NCBI GenBank assembly: GCA_965216755.1
Contig: CBDCGL010000011.1
Location: 576,001 to 640,000, forward strand
Direction of reading: 5' to 3'
Source: Alphaproteobacteria bacterium
GTDB lineage: Bacteria; Pseudomonadota; Alphaproteobacteria; UBA7887
DNA: 64,000 bases
The notes beneath the pieces were generated by a model. It was not told the origin of the DNA. It did no database searches and was given only the letters and a program-made list of their open reading frames with translations. Numbering within the stretch: the first letter of the stretch is position 1; each line of letters begins with the position of its first letter. Position numbers and translations under genes: made by a program. Shown one piece after another: positions 1 through 9,143 of the stretch.

Positions 1-2
1 TC

Positions 3-371
3 GAGGAAGACAGTGTGATCGCGCAAACGCGTGCCGGCAAGCAAGTGCTCAATGTCAGCGGCGACGAAGAGGCGGTGGTGTGCGTACCGGTGGTCGGTGA
101 TACCGTCGCCACGGTTGGCGAGAACCACAAGATGACAGTCTTTCCGCTCGACGAACTGCCGGTGATGACGCGAGGGCGGGGCGTGATCATGCAGCGTTTC
201 AAGGATGGCGGCCTGTCGGACGCGCGCACTTTTGTGTTGAACGACGGTTTGAGCTGGCAAAGTGGCGGACGGACCCGCACCGTGACCGATCTCGCGCCCT
301 GGTACGGCAAACGCGGCGCCGCCGGCCGCCTGGCGCCGAAAGGCTTTCCACGCTCGCATAAGTTTGGTTAA
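3..371 (+). CDS. parC: DNA topoisomerase IV subunit A, C-terminal end (partial, runs off the window start)
   Basis: Open frame from position 3. AQTRAGKQVLNV, FPLDELPVMTRGRGVIMQRFKDGGLSD and GKRGAAGRLAPKGFP match the alphaproteobacterial ParC C-terminal domain. Confidence 0.9.
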   Translation, partial: EEDSVIAQTRAGKQVLNVSGDEEAVVCVPVVGDTVATVGENHKMTVFPLDELPVMTRGRGVIMQRFKDGGLSDARTFVLNDGLSWQSGGRTRTVTDLAPWYGKRGAAGRLAPKGFPRSHKFG

Positions 372-490
372 CGCGAAGTCGCTAACCCTCGGGTCCGTCA
401 AACCACCGTCTATTTGGCGTCAATACCTCTGGTGAGGAGCGGGCTGGTTGCGTGCTGTGGCTGGGTCGGATGTAATTCCCATGTATCGAC

Positions 491-2638
491 ATGGTGGCAT
501 TACGGTTCGAGTTGTTGGGCGGATTGACGATCCGGTCCGATCAGGGGCGGCTGGTGACATTGCGCGCCAAGAAGGCCAAGGCGTTGCTGGCATTCCTCGC
601 CATGCATCCGAACCGCGCGCAGCCGCGCGAGAAGCTTGCCGGGCTCTTGTGGGGCGACAACGAGGAGTCTCAGGCCCGTCATAACTTGCGACAAACATTG
701 CTTGCCTTGCGCAAGGCCCTGCCACGTGAGACCGATCGTATTCTTACGATCGACGATGAATCCATCACCTTGCGGGGCGCGAGTGTCGCAGTTGACGTGG
801 CGCAATTCGGTGAGTTGACCAAGAACGGGGCGTCGGCCGAAGAGCTCAACGCGGCCATCGGCCTTTACGACGGCGATTTCCTTGACGGCTTTCGTATCAA
901 ACAGGCTGGGTTCGACGACTGGGCCGCCGAACAGCGACGCGCGTGGCGGGAACGGGCGCGACAAGCGATGCACAGATGTATGGAGTTTTGCCAAGAATCC
1001 GGAAAGACCGACGCGGCAATTGCGCATGGCGAGCGATTGTTGGCAATGGATCCGCTGCAAGAGGCTGTACACCGGTCGCTCATGCGCTTGTACCAAGATT
1101 ATGGTCGGCGCGATCTGGCGCTGCAGAAGTTCGAAGAATGTCGCAAGATGCTGCGCGACGAGCTTGATGTTGAACCGGAGGCCGAGACCAAAGATCTCTA
1201 TTGGGCCATTCGGCGCGCGCGCGCGAACGGCGATAACGGTTTCGGCTTGGCTTCGCCGAACAAGGCCGCGGGCGCCGCAACCCGGATTGCGGATCGGAAA
1301 CTCAGGCTGAGGCTAGCGCCGGTTGTGGCGTCCCTCATATTTGTCGGCTTGGTTGGTGCCGGAACCTGGTTGATATTGAGCGTGGCTCGATCCGATCGCG
1401 ACCTTGCGATTGATCATGACACGGTCCTCGCGATGCCCTCTGGCCCATCAATTGCCGTGCTGCCGTTCGCCAACATCGGTGGTGATTCCGAGCAAGAATA
1501 TTTCGCTGACGGTATCACCACCCAAGTCATTTCGGGTTTGGCACGTTTCCGCGACTTGGCCGTCATCGCGCGGAGTTCGACATTTCAGTACAAGAACAAA
1601 TCCACGGACGTTCGCCAAATATCCAAAGATCTGGATGCCCGTTACATTTTGGAAGGCAGTGTGCGTCGGAGCCATGATCGCGTCCGCGTCTCGTCACAAC
1701 TGCTTGACGGGAAAACCGGTTCCCATCTCTGGACAGAAGACTATCAGAACGATTTGACTGCCGAATCCTTATTGGAAATTCAGGATGTTATAGCGCAGCA
1801 AGTTGTGGCCACGATCGCGAGTCATTCTGGCGTCATTTTCAATCTAAGCCGAAACGATACGAAGAATGCTTCAACGGCTAACTACGAATCTCTCAATTGT
1901 GTTCATCTCGCCTACGAGTTCACGACGTTATTTTCCGCCGAATCCTATCGTTCGGCTCGCGATTGCCTCGAACGCGTGGTCGAGACCGATCGCAAATATG
2001 CTGATGCTTGGGCTTGGTTGGCGATCCTCTACAACTACGGTTATGCCTTAAACATCGATCCATCTATTGAAAGTACTGAGCGCGGCCTGGCTGCCGCACG
2101 ACGAGCTGTCAAATTGGATGAGGTGAGCCAGAATGCGCATTTCGCAATGGCTTTATCGTATTACTTCCTGCATGAGACGGAGGCTTTCAATGCCGAGGCC
2201 GAGTTTGCGATCGCCCTAAATCCGAACAATGCAGACGTTGTTGCCGAGCTCGCCGAAAAGATCGCTTATACCGGCGAGTGGGAGCGAGGTGTCGCGCTGA
2301 TGCGGAAAGCTATGGCGTTGAACCCGCGGCATCCAAGCTGGTACTGGTACGTCCTGGCAAAACACCATCTAATGAAGGGTAATTTTGCGGACGCTATTGG
2401 CGCGGCGCGCAAGGTCAACAATCCAGAAAACTACATATATTTCATCATGCTTGCGTATATCTATGCGCACGCGGGGCGACAATCCGAGGCTGAGCAAGCT
2501 GTTACTGCGGCACGCCAAGTCGATAATGACGCTACGATCAAGAAAGTGACTGAGTTTTACCAAAGATGGAATTTTCAACCTGATTTCATCTCGATGGTTT
2601 CCAATGGGTTGGCCAAGGCAGGTTTACCCGAAAGTTAA
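491..2638 (+). CDS. Membrane-anchored SARP-type (wHTH + BTAD) transcriptional regulator with TolB-like and TPR domains
   Basis: N-terminal FELLGGL...KKAKALLAFLA...REKLAGLLW...ARHNLRQTL and BTAD (DPLQEAVHRSLMRLY...LDVEPEAET). One TM helix (LAPVVASLIFVGLVGAGTWLIL). PSIAVLPFANIGGDSEQEYFADGIT module, then TPR repeats (ALNPNNAD, ALNPRHPSWY). Confidence 0.85.
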   Translation: MVALRFELLGGLTIRSDQGRLVTLRAKKAKALLAFLAMHPNRAQPREKLAGLLWGDNEESQARHNLRQTLLALRKALPRETDRILTIDDESITLRGASVAVDVAQFGELTKNGASAEELNAAIGLYDGDFLDGFRIKQAGFDDWAAEQRRAWRERARQAMHRCMEFCQESGKTDAAIAHGERLLAMDPLQEAVHRSLMRLYQDYGRRDLALQKFEECRKMLRDELDVEPEAETKDLYWAIRRARANGDNGFGLASPNKAAGAATRIADRKLRLRLAPVVASLIFVGLVGAGTWLILSVARSDRDLAIDHDTVLAMPSGPSIAVLPFANIGGDSEQEYFADGITTQVISGLARFRDLAVIARSSTFQYKNKSTDVRQISKDLDARYILEGSVRRSHDRVRVSSQLLDGKTGSHLWTEDYQNDLTAESLLEIQDVIAQQVVATIASHSGVIFNLSRNDTKNASTANYESLNCVHLAYEFTTLFSAESYRSARDCLERVVETDRKYADAWAWLAILYNYGYALNIDPSIESTERGLAAARRAVKLDEVSQNAHFAMALSYYFLHETEAFNAEAEFAIALNPNNADVVAELAEKIAYTGEWERGVALMRKAMALNPRHPSWYWYVLAKHHLMKGNFADAIGAARKVNNPENYIYFIMLAYIYAHAGRQSEAEQAVTAARQVDNDATIKKVTEFYQRWNFQPDFISMVSNGLAKAGLPES

Positions 2639-2684
2639 CGGTCCGGCGCGTGTTTTGCTCGTCTACCAATGTTGTTCCGGACAT

Positions 2685-2723
2685 TTAACGTTGCGCTGAC
2701 ATCACTCCTGACTATCCGCTGAC
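2685..2723 (+). promoter_or_regulatory. Phased direct repeats, candidate wHTH-regulator binding site
   Basis: TTAAC at 2685 and CTGAC at 2696, 2708 and 2719 (spacings 11, 12, 11 nt), upstream of the 2790 gene. Confidence 0.35.
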
Positions 2724-2789
2724 ACCGCCCCGTTAGATTTCCCTTTGAATAGAATTGTTAGCACTCGTACGGGCAAGAGGGAGGATCGA

Positions 2790-3257
2790 ATGTTTCGATC
2801 ATCTATCGCATCAGTTATCTCGCTTTTTTTGGGACCAACGGCCGGAACATTGTATGCGGCTGAATGCACAGGCGCCGGGTACAATTTCACCCAAATGTCA
2901 GAAACTGTCGAATTGGGAGAAGGCCATTCTGTGATCGTGTGGAAGGGGCATGCCATTTTGGTCGATGACGACCCGAACGGCATTTATCACATGTCCTCAG
3001 GACCTTGCATTGCTGTTTTCTCAGTCTTACCAGATGGCGGTTTCAAGGCCGCCGGGAACTGCAGCTACACGGACGGCGATGGTGACTTCCATTCCGATCG
3101 TTGGTGGCAAGAACCCGGGGCAAATCGCGGTCGCTGGGAGACAATCCACGGCAGCGGAAAATTTGCAGCCACTGTCGGCGATTCGGGTTGGTATGAGACA
3201 GTCATGGAAAACGGATTGGCAAGCGTAGGCCGCTGGGGTGGAGAGTGTAGCGAGTAG
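2790..3257 (+). CDS. Small exported hypothetical protein (Gly/Cys-containing, probably beta-rich)
   Basis: GAGGGAGG RBS before ATG 2790. Signal-like N-terminus MFRSSIASVISLFLGPTAGTLYAA. GRWETIHGSGKFA-type motif. Confidence 0.7.
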   Translation: MFRSSIASVISLFLGPTAGTLYAAECTGAGYNFTQMSETVELGEGHSVIVWKGHAILVDDDPNGIYHMSSGPCIAVFSVLPDGGFKAAGNCSYTDGDGDFHSDRWWQEPGANRGRWETIHGSGKFAATVGDSGWYETVMENGLASVGRWGGECSE

Positions 3258-3287
3258 ACGCCGGCATTCGTCCAATTCGGACCGACA

Positions 3288-3319
3288 CGGGCCGCCGTTT
3301 TTACGCCCACGGCGGCCCG
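3288..3319. terminator. Stem-loop between convergent genes
   Basis: Perfect 11-bp stem CGGGCCGCCGT/ACGGCGGCCCG with a 10-nt loop. Confidence 0.6.
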
Positions 3320-3331
3320 ACTTTCGCACGG

Positions 3332-4438
3332 CTATTTGCGTGCCGCCTCTAGGGCGTCTGGGAGCATCTCCTCAAGCAAATCCAGGTCCGGCTCAAGGCC
3401 GGCGCTGATCCGTATGCAGCGGTCGAGCGGCGCGACGCCCGGCATGCGCACGAAGATGCCACGCGCGATCAGTTCCCGTAGCACGCGTCGGGCATAGTCG
3501 CCGTCGCGGCCGCAGTCGACGGCGACGAAATTGGTCGCGGACGGCAGTGTGTTCAGACCGTTCGCGCGCGCGATCGCGGCAATCCGTTCCTTGGCCGCCG
3601 CGGCCAGGATTGCCACGCGTGCCAAATGGTCCTTGTCCGCGAGCGAGGCGAGGGCACCCGCCTGGGCGACGCGATTAACGCCAAAGTGGTTACGCAGCTT
3701 GTCAAAGCTCTTGATCAGCCCGGCCTCGCCGACGGCATAGCCGATGCGCGCGCCCGCCATGCCGTAGGCTTTCGAAAATGTGCGGAAACGCAGCACCTTG
3801 GGATTGCTGACATCGAAAGGCGGAATGACGCCTTCTGGCGCAAACTCCCAATAGGCTTCGTCGAGAACCAAAATGGCGCCATCCGGGATTTGATCGATCG
3901 TGTGTTGGATAGTCTCCGCGTCCCTCCAAGTTCCCATCGGATTATCCGGATTTGCGAAAAAGATGAGCCTTGCGTCTTCGCGCCGGGCGAGCATGAGTAG
4001 GGCTTGGGGATCCTCGTGGTCATCGCGATAGGGCACGGTGACCAACCGACCGCCGCAGCCGGCGACGTGGAAATTGAAAGTTGGGTAGGCACCCTTCGAG
4101 GTCGCGACGGTCACACCCGGCTCGACGAACAACCGGTTCGTGTAACAGAACAGTGTGTCGATGCCTTCGCCGACGACCACGTTTTCCGGGCCGACGCCGT
4201 GGACGTTTGCAAGCGCGACCTTGAGATCGTGGTTTTCCGGGTCGCCATATTGCCAAACCTCGGTGGCGGCTTGTCGCATGGCGGCAACCGCCTTGGGCGA
4301 TGGGCCGAACACGCTCTCGTTCGCACCAATACGGGCACGAAACGGCCGGCCGCGGGCGCGTTCTTGGGCTTCGGGGCCAACGAAGGGCACGGTTTGCGGC
4401 AATGCCGCCACGATTGGAGTAAAAGGATAATCTGCCAT
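3332..4438 (-). CDS. PLP-dependent aminotransferase class I/II (histidinol-phosphate aminotransferase-like)
   Basis: GANESVFGPSP, NPDNPMG, LDEAY and RTFSKAYGMAGARIGY (PLP lysine). Confidence 0.88.
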   Translation of the reverse strand: MADYPFTPIVAALPQTVPFVGPEAQERARGRPFRARIGANESVFGPSPKAVAAMRQAATEVWQYGDPENHDLKVALANVHGVGPENVVVGEGIDTLFCYTNRLFVEPGVTVATSKGAYPTFNFHVAGCGGRLVTVPYRDDHEDPQALLMLARREDARLIFFANPDNPMGTWRDAETIQHTIDQIPDGAILVLDEAYWEFAPEGVIPPFDVSNPKVLRFRTFSKAYGMAGARIGYAVGEAGLIKSFDKLRNHFGVNRVAQAGALASLADKDHLARVAILAAAAKERIAAIARANGLNTLPSATNFVAVDCGRDGDYARRVLRELIARGIFVRMPGVAPLDRCIRISAGLEPDLDLLEEMLPDALEAARK

Positions 4439-4625
4439 CTGACATTCATCGGTTCGTTGTTTTTGGCCGGCCCTTGGCGCGCGCGAACGGGCGGAAGCAA
4501 AGTCCTGTCCAGAATGGCATGAATCGCGTGCTTGGCGCCAATGCGCCGTTGTACGTCACGCCGCCGACCATGACATAATGGCGCTAAGTGCCGCGCCATG
4601 CGGCCGCAATGACGGGGGAACCGTT

Positions 4626-5600
4626 ATGGGTTTTCGCCTGCTACTCCTCAAGAACCTGGAATTGCCCGATATGGCTGGCATGGTTGATTCCTGGCCGGCC
4701 AGGCTTCACGACATGATTCCAGACATGGAAATTCACGTCGCCAACGACACGGCGGAAGCGGCGCCTGTAATCGATAAGGTCGACGCGGCTTACGGGAAAA
4801 TTGAAGCGGACATCTTCACGCGGGCGGGCGATCTAAGGTGGTTGCAGTCGCCCCATGCCGGGCCGGATCCGACCTTCTATCATCAGGCGCTCATCGACAG
4901 CGACGTCATTGTGACCAACATGCGGGGCATCTTCAGCGACCATATCAGCGCGCATATCCTGGCCTTTCTGCTGACCTTCGCGCGCGGTATGCACACCTAC
5001 CGCGAGCAACAAGCCCAAGGACTCTGGAAGAGCGGCGCGCCCACGGTACACCTACCAGACGCGACGGTCGTGATGGTTGGGGTGGGCGGCATCGGCGCCG
5101 AAACCGCGCGGATTTGCGCGGCATTCGGCATGACGGTCATCGGCATTGATCCGCGCGTTACCGACGCACCACCCGGCGTCGGGCGTTTGGTATCGCCCGA
5201 TCAGCTGGGCTCGGTGCTGCCAGAGGCCGACTTTGTCGTGGTGACCGCGCCCGAGACACCGCAAACTCGGGGCCTGTTTGATGCCGGTAAATTCGCACTC
5301 ATGAAAGCTACTGCGTTCTTTATCAACATCGGACGCGGCGCGACGGTGGTGCTCGATGACCTCGATACCGCATTACGTGATGGTTCGATTGCCGGCGCGG
5401 CGTTGGACGTATTCCAGGTCGAGCCTTTGCCCACCGAGCATCCACTTTGGACGGCGCCGAGCATGCTGATCACGCCCCATGTCGCGACCGTCGGCCCTTA
5501 TCTCAACGATCGGCGCACGAAGGTGTTTCTGGATAACTGCTTGCGCTTCGACCGGGGCGAGACATTGGCCAATGTGGTCGATAAGAGAAACTGGTTCTAA
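4626..5600 (+). CDS. D-2-hydroxyacid dehydrogenase family protein
   Basis: GVGGIG Rossmann motif, FINIGRG, GAALDVFQVEPLP, ITPHVA. Start moved to ATG 4626 after GGGGGAA. Confidence 0.88.
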   Translation: MGFRLLLLKNLELPDMAGMVDSWPARLHDMIPDMEIHVANDTAEAAPVIDKVDAAYGKIEADIFTRAGDLRWLQSPHAGPDPTFYHQALIDSDVIVTNMRGIFSDHISAHILAFLLTFARGMHTYREQQAQGLWKSGAPTVHLPDATVVMVGVGGIGAETARICAAFGMTVIGIDPRVTDAPPGVGRLVSPDQLGSVLPEADFVVVTAPETPQTRGLFDAGKFALMKATAFFINIGRGATVVLDDLDTALRDGSIAGAALDVFQVEPLPTEHPLWTAPSMLITPHVATVGPYLNDRRTKVFLDNCLRFDRGETLANVVDKRNWF

Positions 5601-5609
5601 GAACGACCG

Positions 5610-6233
5610 CTAGAGGAAATTCGGCGGCTCTGGCGAGGTGTTTGAGTCGGCCCCATCATCGCGTCGTGGTACGGAGTTCCTGGGGCATGGCAAGCACATG
5701 AGTGCTTCCTTGGAGGAAGTCGGGAACTCGTCCAATGCGCACGGTTTCGGCTCCTCGCAACGACGGTCATCCAAGTTCATTTCGCCGGGTCGGCGCCGGC
5801 GATCGGGCCCGAAATAGCCCTTGGCCACAACAAACTGGCGCGGTCGTTGAAGAACCTCATGAACCCGTAAGGCCAAGTCCTTCAAGGATACCGGCTTTGA
5901 CAGGAATTCATCGATACCCGAATCGCGCGCCATCTCCACCGAGATGGGCGTCGCGTAGGACGACATCATAATCACGGGCACAAACGGATCTGGTGTCTTT
6001 TGCCCGGTACGAACCATCCTCACGAAGTCGACGCCGCCAACGGGCGACATTTCGAAATCTGTAATGATGATGTCTGGTGTCAGGTGGCAAAGTTCGCCAT
6101 AGGCCGTAATCGGATTGCTATGGGCCACGACATTGCGAATACCCATGGATCGCAACATGTCGGTGATGAGCTGCAAATAAAAACGGTTATCATCAACCAA
6201 AAGAATCATAAGTCTGTTGAGATTCAAAGACAT
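5610..6233 (-). CDS. CheY-like receiver protein with arginine-rich tail (Cle-type c-di-GMP effector candidate)
   Basis: ILLVDDN, DIIITDFEMSP and FLSKP receiver motifs, followed by RPRQFV..GYFGPDRRRR. Confidence 0.82.
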   Translation of the reverse strand: MSLNLNRLMILLVDDNRFYLQLITDMLRSMGIRNVVAHSNPITAYGELCHLTPDIIITDFEMSPVGGVDFVRMVRTGQKTPDPFVPVIMMSSYATPISVEMARDSGIDEFLSKPVSLKDLALRVHEVLQRPRQFVVAKGYFGPDRRRRPGEMNLDDRRCEEPKPCALDEFPTSSKEALMCLPCPRNSVPRRDDGADSNTSPEPPNFL

Positions 6234-6585
6234 AGAGGATCCCGCGTCAGTTCGTATCAATTGATCCGAGCCTACGGCCTACGACGGGACGCGTAATGAT
6301 CTGTACGGACTACATCAGCCGTCTTTCAAACAGAGGCGTTTGAACGAAGCTAAATTCATCTGCATCAAATGGATAGGGCGTTTCGCGCGAACGCTTGTAA
6401 GCATGAAATGTCTTAGACTTGACCCGAACGCGTCGATCACGCGTCCGGCGCGACGCGACATCCACGAAAAAAGCAGCATTGGTTCACATATTATGGATTT
6501 ATATCAAATTATTATGTAAACTATCACATAATTTAATCCAGAAATACCTGTTATAATATTGATTATGAAAAGAAAAACGACACTC

Positions 6586-6927
6586 TTAGAATCGTAGATT
6601 CGGGGTTCTTGGATATGTCCCACCCGCGCCTTTCTTTCTCTTGAGGGTATTGACGGCCTCAATCCGTTCGCTCTGGCCAGCCCCATGGGCGGGTGAGGAC
6701 CCGGTGAGCGCCGCGCCGGCCGGGCCGGGCCATTGTGCTGGGTGGCGTGCATCCGGTTGGTATTGTGCGCCCATCGCAGGTGTCCGGAAATATGTTTCGG
6801 AACCGGCAAGCGGGCCGGCCAACACCGTCTCCGCCACCGATGCCGACAAGCCGAGAGCCGTCACCACGGTGAGAAAATAGCGTTGCAAGGCAGGCGGGTA
6901 TGTGCGTGCTTTCCTCATAGCGCGCAT
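6586..6927 (-). CDS. Hypothetical protein, possibly exported
   Basis: The only plausible ORF in a ~930-bp gap. It has a hydrophobic segment FLTVVTALGLSASVA but no recognisable domain. Confidence 0.3.
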   Translation of the reverse strand: MRAMRKARTYPPALQRYFLTVVTALGLSASVAETVLAGPLAGSETYFRTPAMGAQYQPDARHPAQWPGPAGAALTGSSPAHGAGQSERIEAVNTLKRKKGAGGTYPRTPNLRF

Positions 6928-7160
6928 ATGGGGTTCGATCCCGATTCAAACAAACGTTTGAAATCAAGTCTGCGTGAGCCGAGAGCGGTATTCTGCTTTC
7001 AATCAGACCCACCAACCGCTTCGAGGGGTTTTCGTCGCTGTCGCGACCGTGCTATAGCAGACGTTGCCCAAAGATCAGTCTCAAAGACGTCTTACATAAT
7101 GGGCAATGATGGGGGGGATGATGGCCGCGACAGCCTGGCTCTTGGCTAAGGTGCCCTAGT

Positions 7161-7703
7161 ATGAAGGCACTCCTCTCCGCAGCCGGTTATATCGATGCGA
7201 TCAACGACTATGTGGGCCGCACGATCGCGTGGTTGACGGTCTTCATGGTGCTTGTGACCGTGGTGATCGTGGTGCTTCGCTACGGTTTTTCCGAAGGCTT
7301 TATTTGGATGCAGGAATCGGTGCGTTTCATGCATTCATTCGTGTTCCTGCTTTGCGCCGGCTACACGCTGCTGCACAACGGTCATGTTCGCGTCGATGTG
7401 TTTTATTTGCGGTTCTCCGATCGCGGTAAGGCCATTGTCGACATTTTCGGCGGCCTCATCCTGCTCATCCCAGTCTGTGTTTCCATCATTTATTACTCCT
7501 GGGATTACGTCATCAACTCATGGATCGAGCGCGAAGGCTCGCTTGAGGAGCGCGGCCTGCACGCCGTTTTTCTTCTCAAGACGTGTATCTGGATCTTCGC
7601 GGCGCTAATGATCGCCCAGGCCGTGTCGCGGATTATTCATGGCATTGCGACCCTGCGTGGGATCGAGCATGGCGATGGCCAACAAGAAACCCGATTGATG
7701 TAG
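7161..7703 (+). CDS. dctQ: TRAP transporter small permease
   Basis: Four TM segments and the YTLLHNGHVRVDVFY signature. Directly upstream of dctM. Confidence 0.92.
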   Translation: MKALLSAAGYIDAINDYVGRTIAWLTVFMVLVTVVIVVLRYGFSEGFIWMQESVRFMHSFVFLLCAGYTLLHNGHVRVDVFYLRFSDRGKAIVDIFGGLILLIPVCVSIIYYSWDYVINSWIEREGSLEERGLHAVFLLKTCIWIFAALMIAQAVSRIIHGIATLRGIEHGDGQQETRLM

Positions 7704-7712
7704 GGCGCGCTG

Positions 7713-9101
7713 ATGAGTTCAGAAACCTACATCCTGGCCATGATCGTGACGCTGTGCGCGACCCTGTTGCTTGGTTATCCGGTCGCTTTCACCCTTAGCG
7801 GCGTGGCGCTGTTGTTTGCATTGATTGGCAGCGCCAGCGGTGCGTTCGAATTGGCATTTGTTGCCGCCTTGCCGAACCGGATCTACGGCATCATGACCAA
7901 TGATTTGCTCATTGCGGTGCCGTTGTTTGTGTTTATGGGCGTCATGCTCGAACGGTCGAAATTGGCTGAAGAGCTGCTCGACACCATGGCGCTTGTGCTC
8001 AGCGGTGTGCGCGCCGGGCTCGGTATCGCGGTCAGCATCGTGGGCGCCCTTCTTGCGGCATCGACCGGCATCGTGGGCGCGACCGTGGTGACAATGGGCC
8101 TGCTGTCGCTGCCGACCATGCTCAGACGCAACTACGAACCGGCGGTGGCCTGCGGTTCGATTTGTGCAGCCGGCACGCTTGGTCAGATCATACCGCCTTC
8201 GATCGTATTGATTTTGTTGGGCGACCAAATCTCGGCCGCCTACCAACAAGCGCAACTGGCGGCTGGCAATTTCGCGCCGGAACCCGTGTCCGTGGCGGAC
8301 TTGTTTGTCGGCGCATTGATCCCGGGCCTCTGTTTGGTGTTGCTCTACATCATCTGGCAATTCGTCTATGCCTCGATCTATCCGCAGCGGATGCCACCAA
8401 TTCCGGCGGACGAGCGCGCCGCGATGCCAAGTGGTGAGCTGTTCGGGCGCGTCCTTAAGGTTCTCATGCCGCCCTTGTTGCTGATCGTTTTTGTACTCGG
8501 GTCGATTTTGATTGGCTTGGCAACACCGACCGAGGCCGCGGGTGTCGGCGCGATTGGCGCGATGCTGCTGGCCGCGCTGCGGGGTCAGCTCACCTGGGAC
8601 AATTTGCGTGAGGTCATGCGTTCGACCGCGCGCGTGTCGTCGATGGTGTTCGTGATTTTGATCGGTGCACAGCTGTTCAGCCTGGTATTTCGCGGCTATG
8701 GCGGCGACGACATCGTCGCCGAGTTCCTGACCAATCTGCCGGGCGGGCTCTTCACGGCCATGCTGCTGACCATGGCATTGATGTTTATTTTGGGCTTTTT
8801 TCTCGACTTCATCGAGATCGTGTTTGTGGTGGTGCCGATCATCGGCCCCGCGATCTTGATGCAGGACGTCAGTCCGGTTTGGTTTGCGATTATGATCGCG
8901 GTGAATCTCCAAACATCGTTTTTGACGCCGCCATTTGGTTTCGCGCTATTTTATCTGCGCGGCGTTGCGCCGCCCGAAGTCAAAACAACAGACATCTATC
9001 GTGGCGTTGCCCCCTTTGTGGTCATCCAGCTGCTCATGTTGGTGATCTTGGCGTTTGTGCCGGCTTTGGCCACTTGGCTGCCGAAAGTCGTATACGGTTA
9101 A
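7713..9101 (+). CDS. dctM: TRAP transporter large permease
   Basis: AASTGIVGATVVTMG, GTLGQIIPPSIVLI, ATPTEAAGVGA and SFLTPPFGFALFYL. Confidence 0.95.
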   Translation: MSSETYILAMIVTLCATLLLGYPVAFTLSGVALLFALIGSASGAFELAFVAALPNRIYGIMTNDLLIAVPLFVFMGVMLERSKLAEELLDTMALVLSGVRAGLGIAVSIVGALLAASTGIVGATVVTMGLLSLPTMLRRNYEPAVACGSICAAGTLGQIIPPSIVLILLGDQISAAYQQAQLAAGNFAPEPVSVADLFVGALIPGLCLVLLYIIWQFVYASIYPQRMPPIPADERAAMPSGELFGRVLKVLMPPLLLIVFVLGSILIGLATPTEAAGVGAIGAMLLAALRGQLTWDNLREVMRSTARVSSMVFVILIGAQLFSLVFRGYGGDDIVAEFLTNLPGGLFTAMLLTMALMFILGFFLDFIEIVFVVVPIIGPAILMQDVSPVWFAIMIAVNLQTSFLTPPFGFALFYLRGVAPPEVKTTDIYRGVAPFVVIQLLMLVILAFVPALATWLPKVVYG

Positions 9102-9143
9102 GGGTTCAGCTGCCGTTCTACGGTTCTATGGGTGTTGGCTGGG

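Noticed and set aside
6930-6944. GGGTTCGATCCC, resembling a tRNA T-loop
   Set aside because: The stem is only 3 bp, and no D-arm, anticodon arm or acceptor stem can be built around it.
7719-8912. Long antisense ORFs (also 17007-18113, 26414-27424, 50401-51435, 58870-59625)
   Set aside because: These are shadow frames of well-supported genes, expected from high-GC codon bias.
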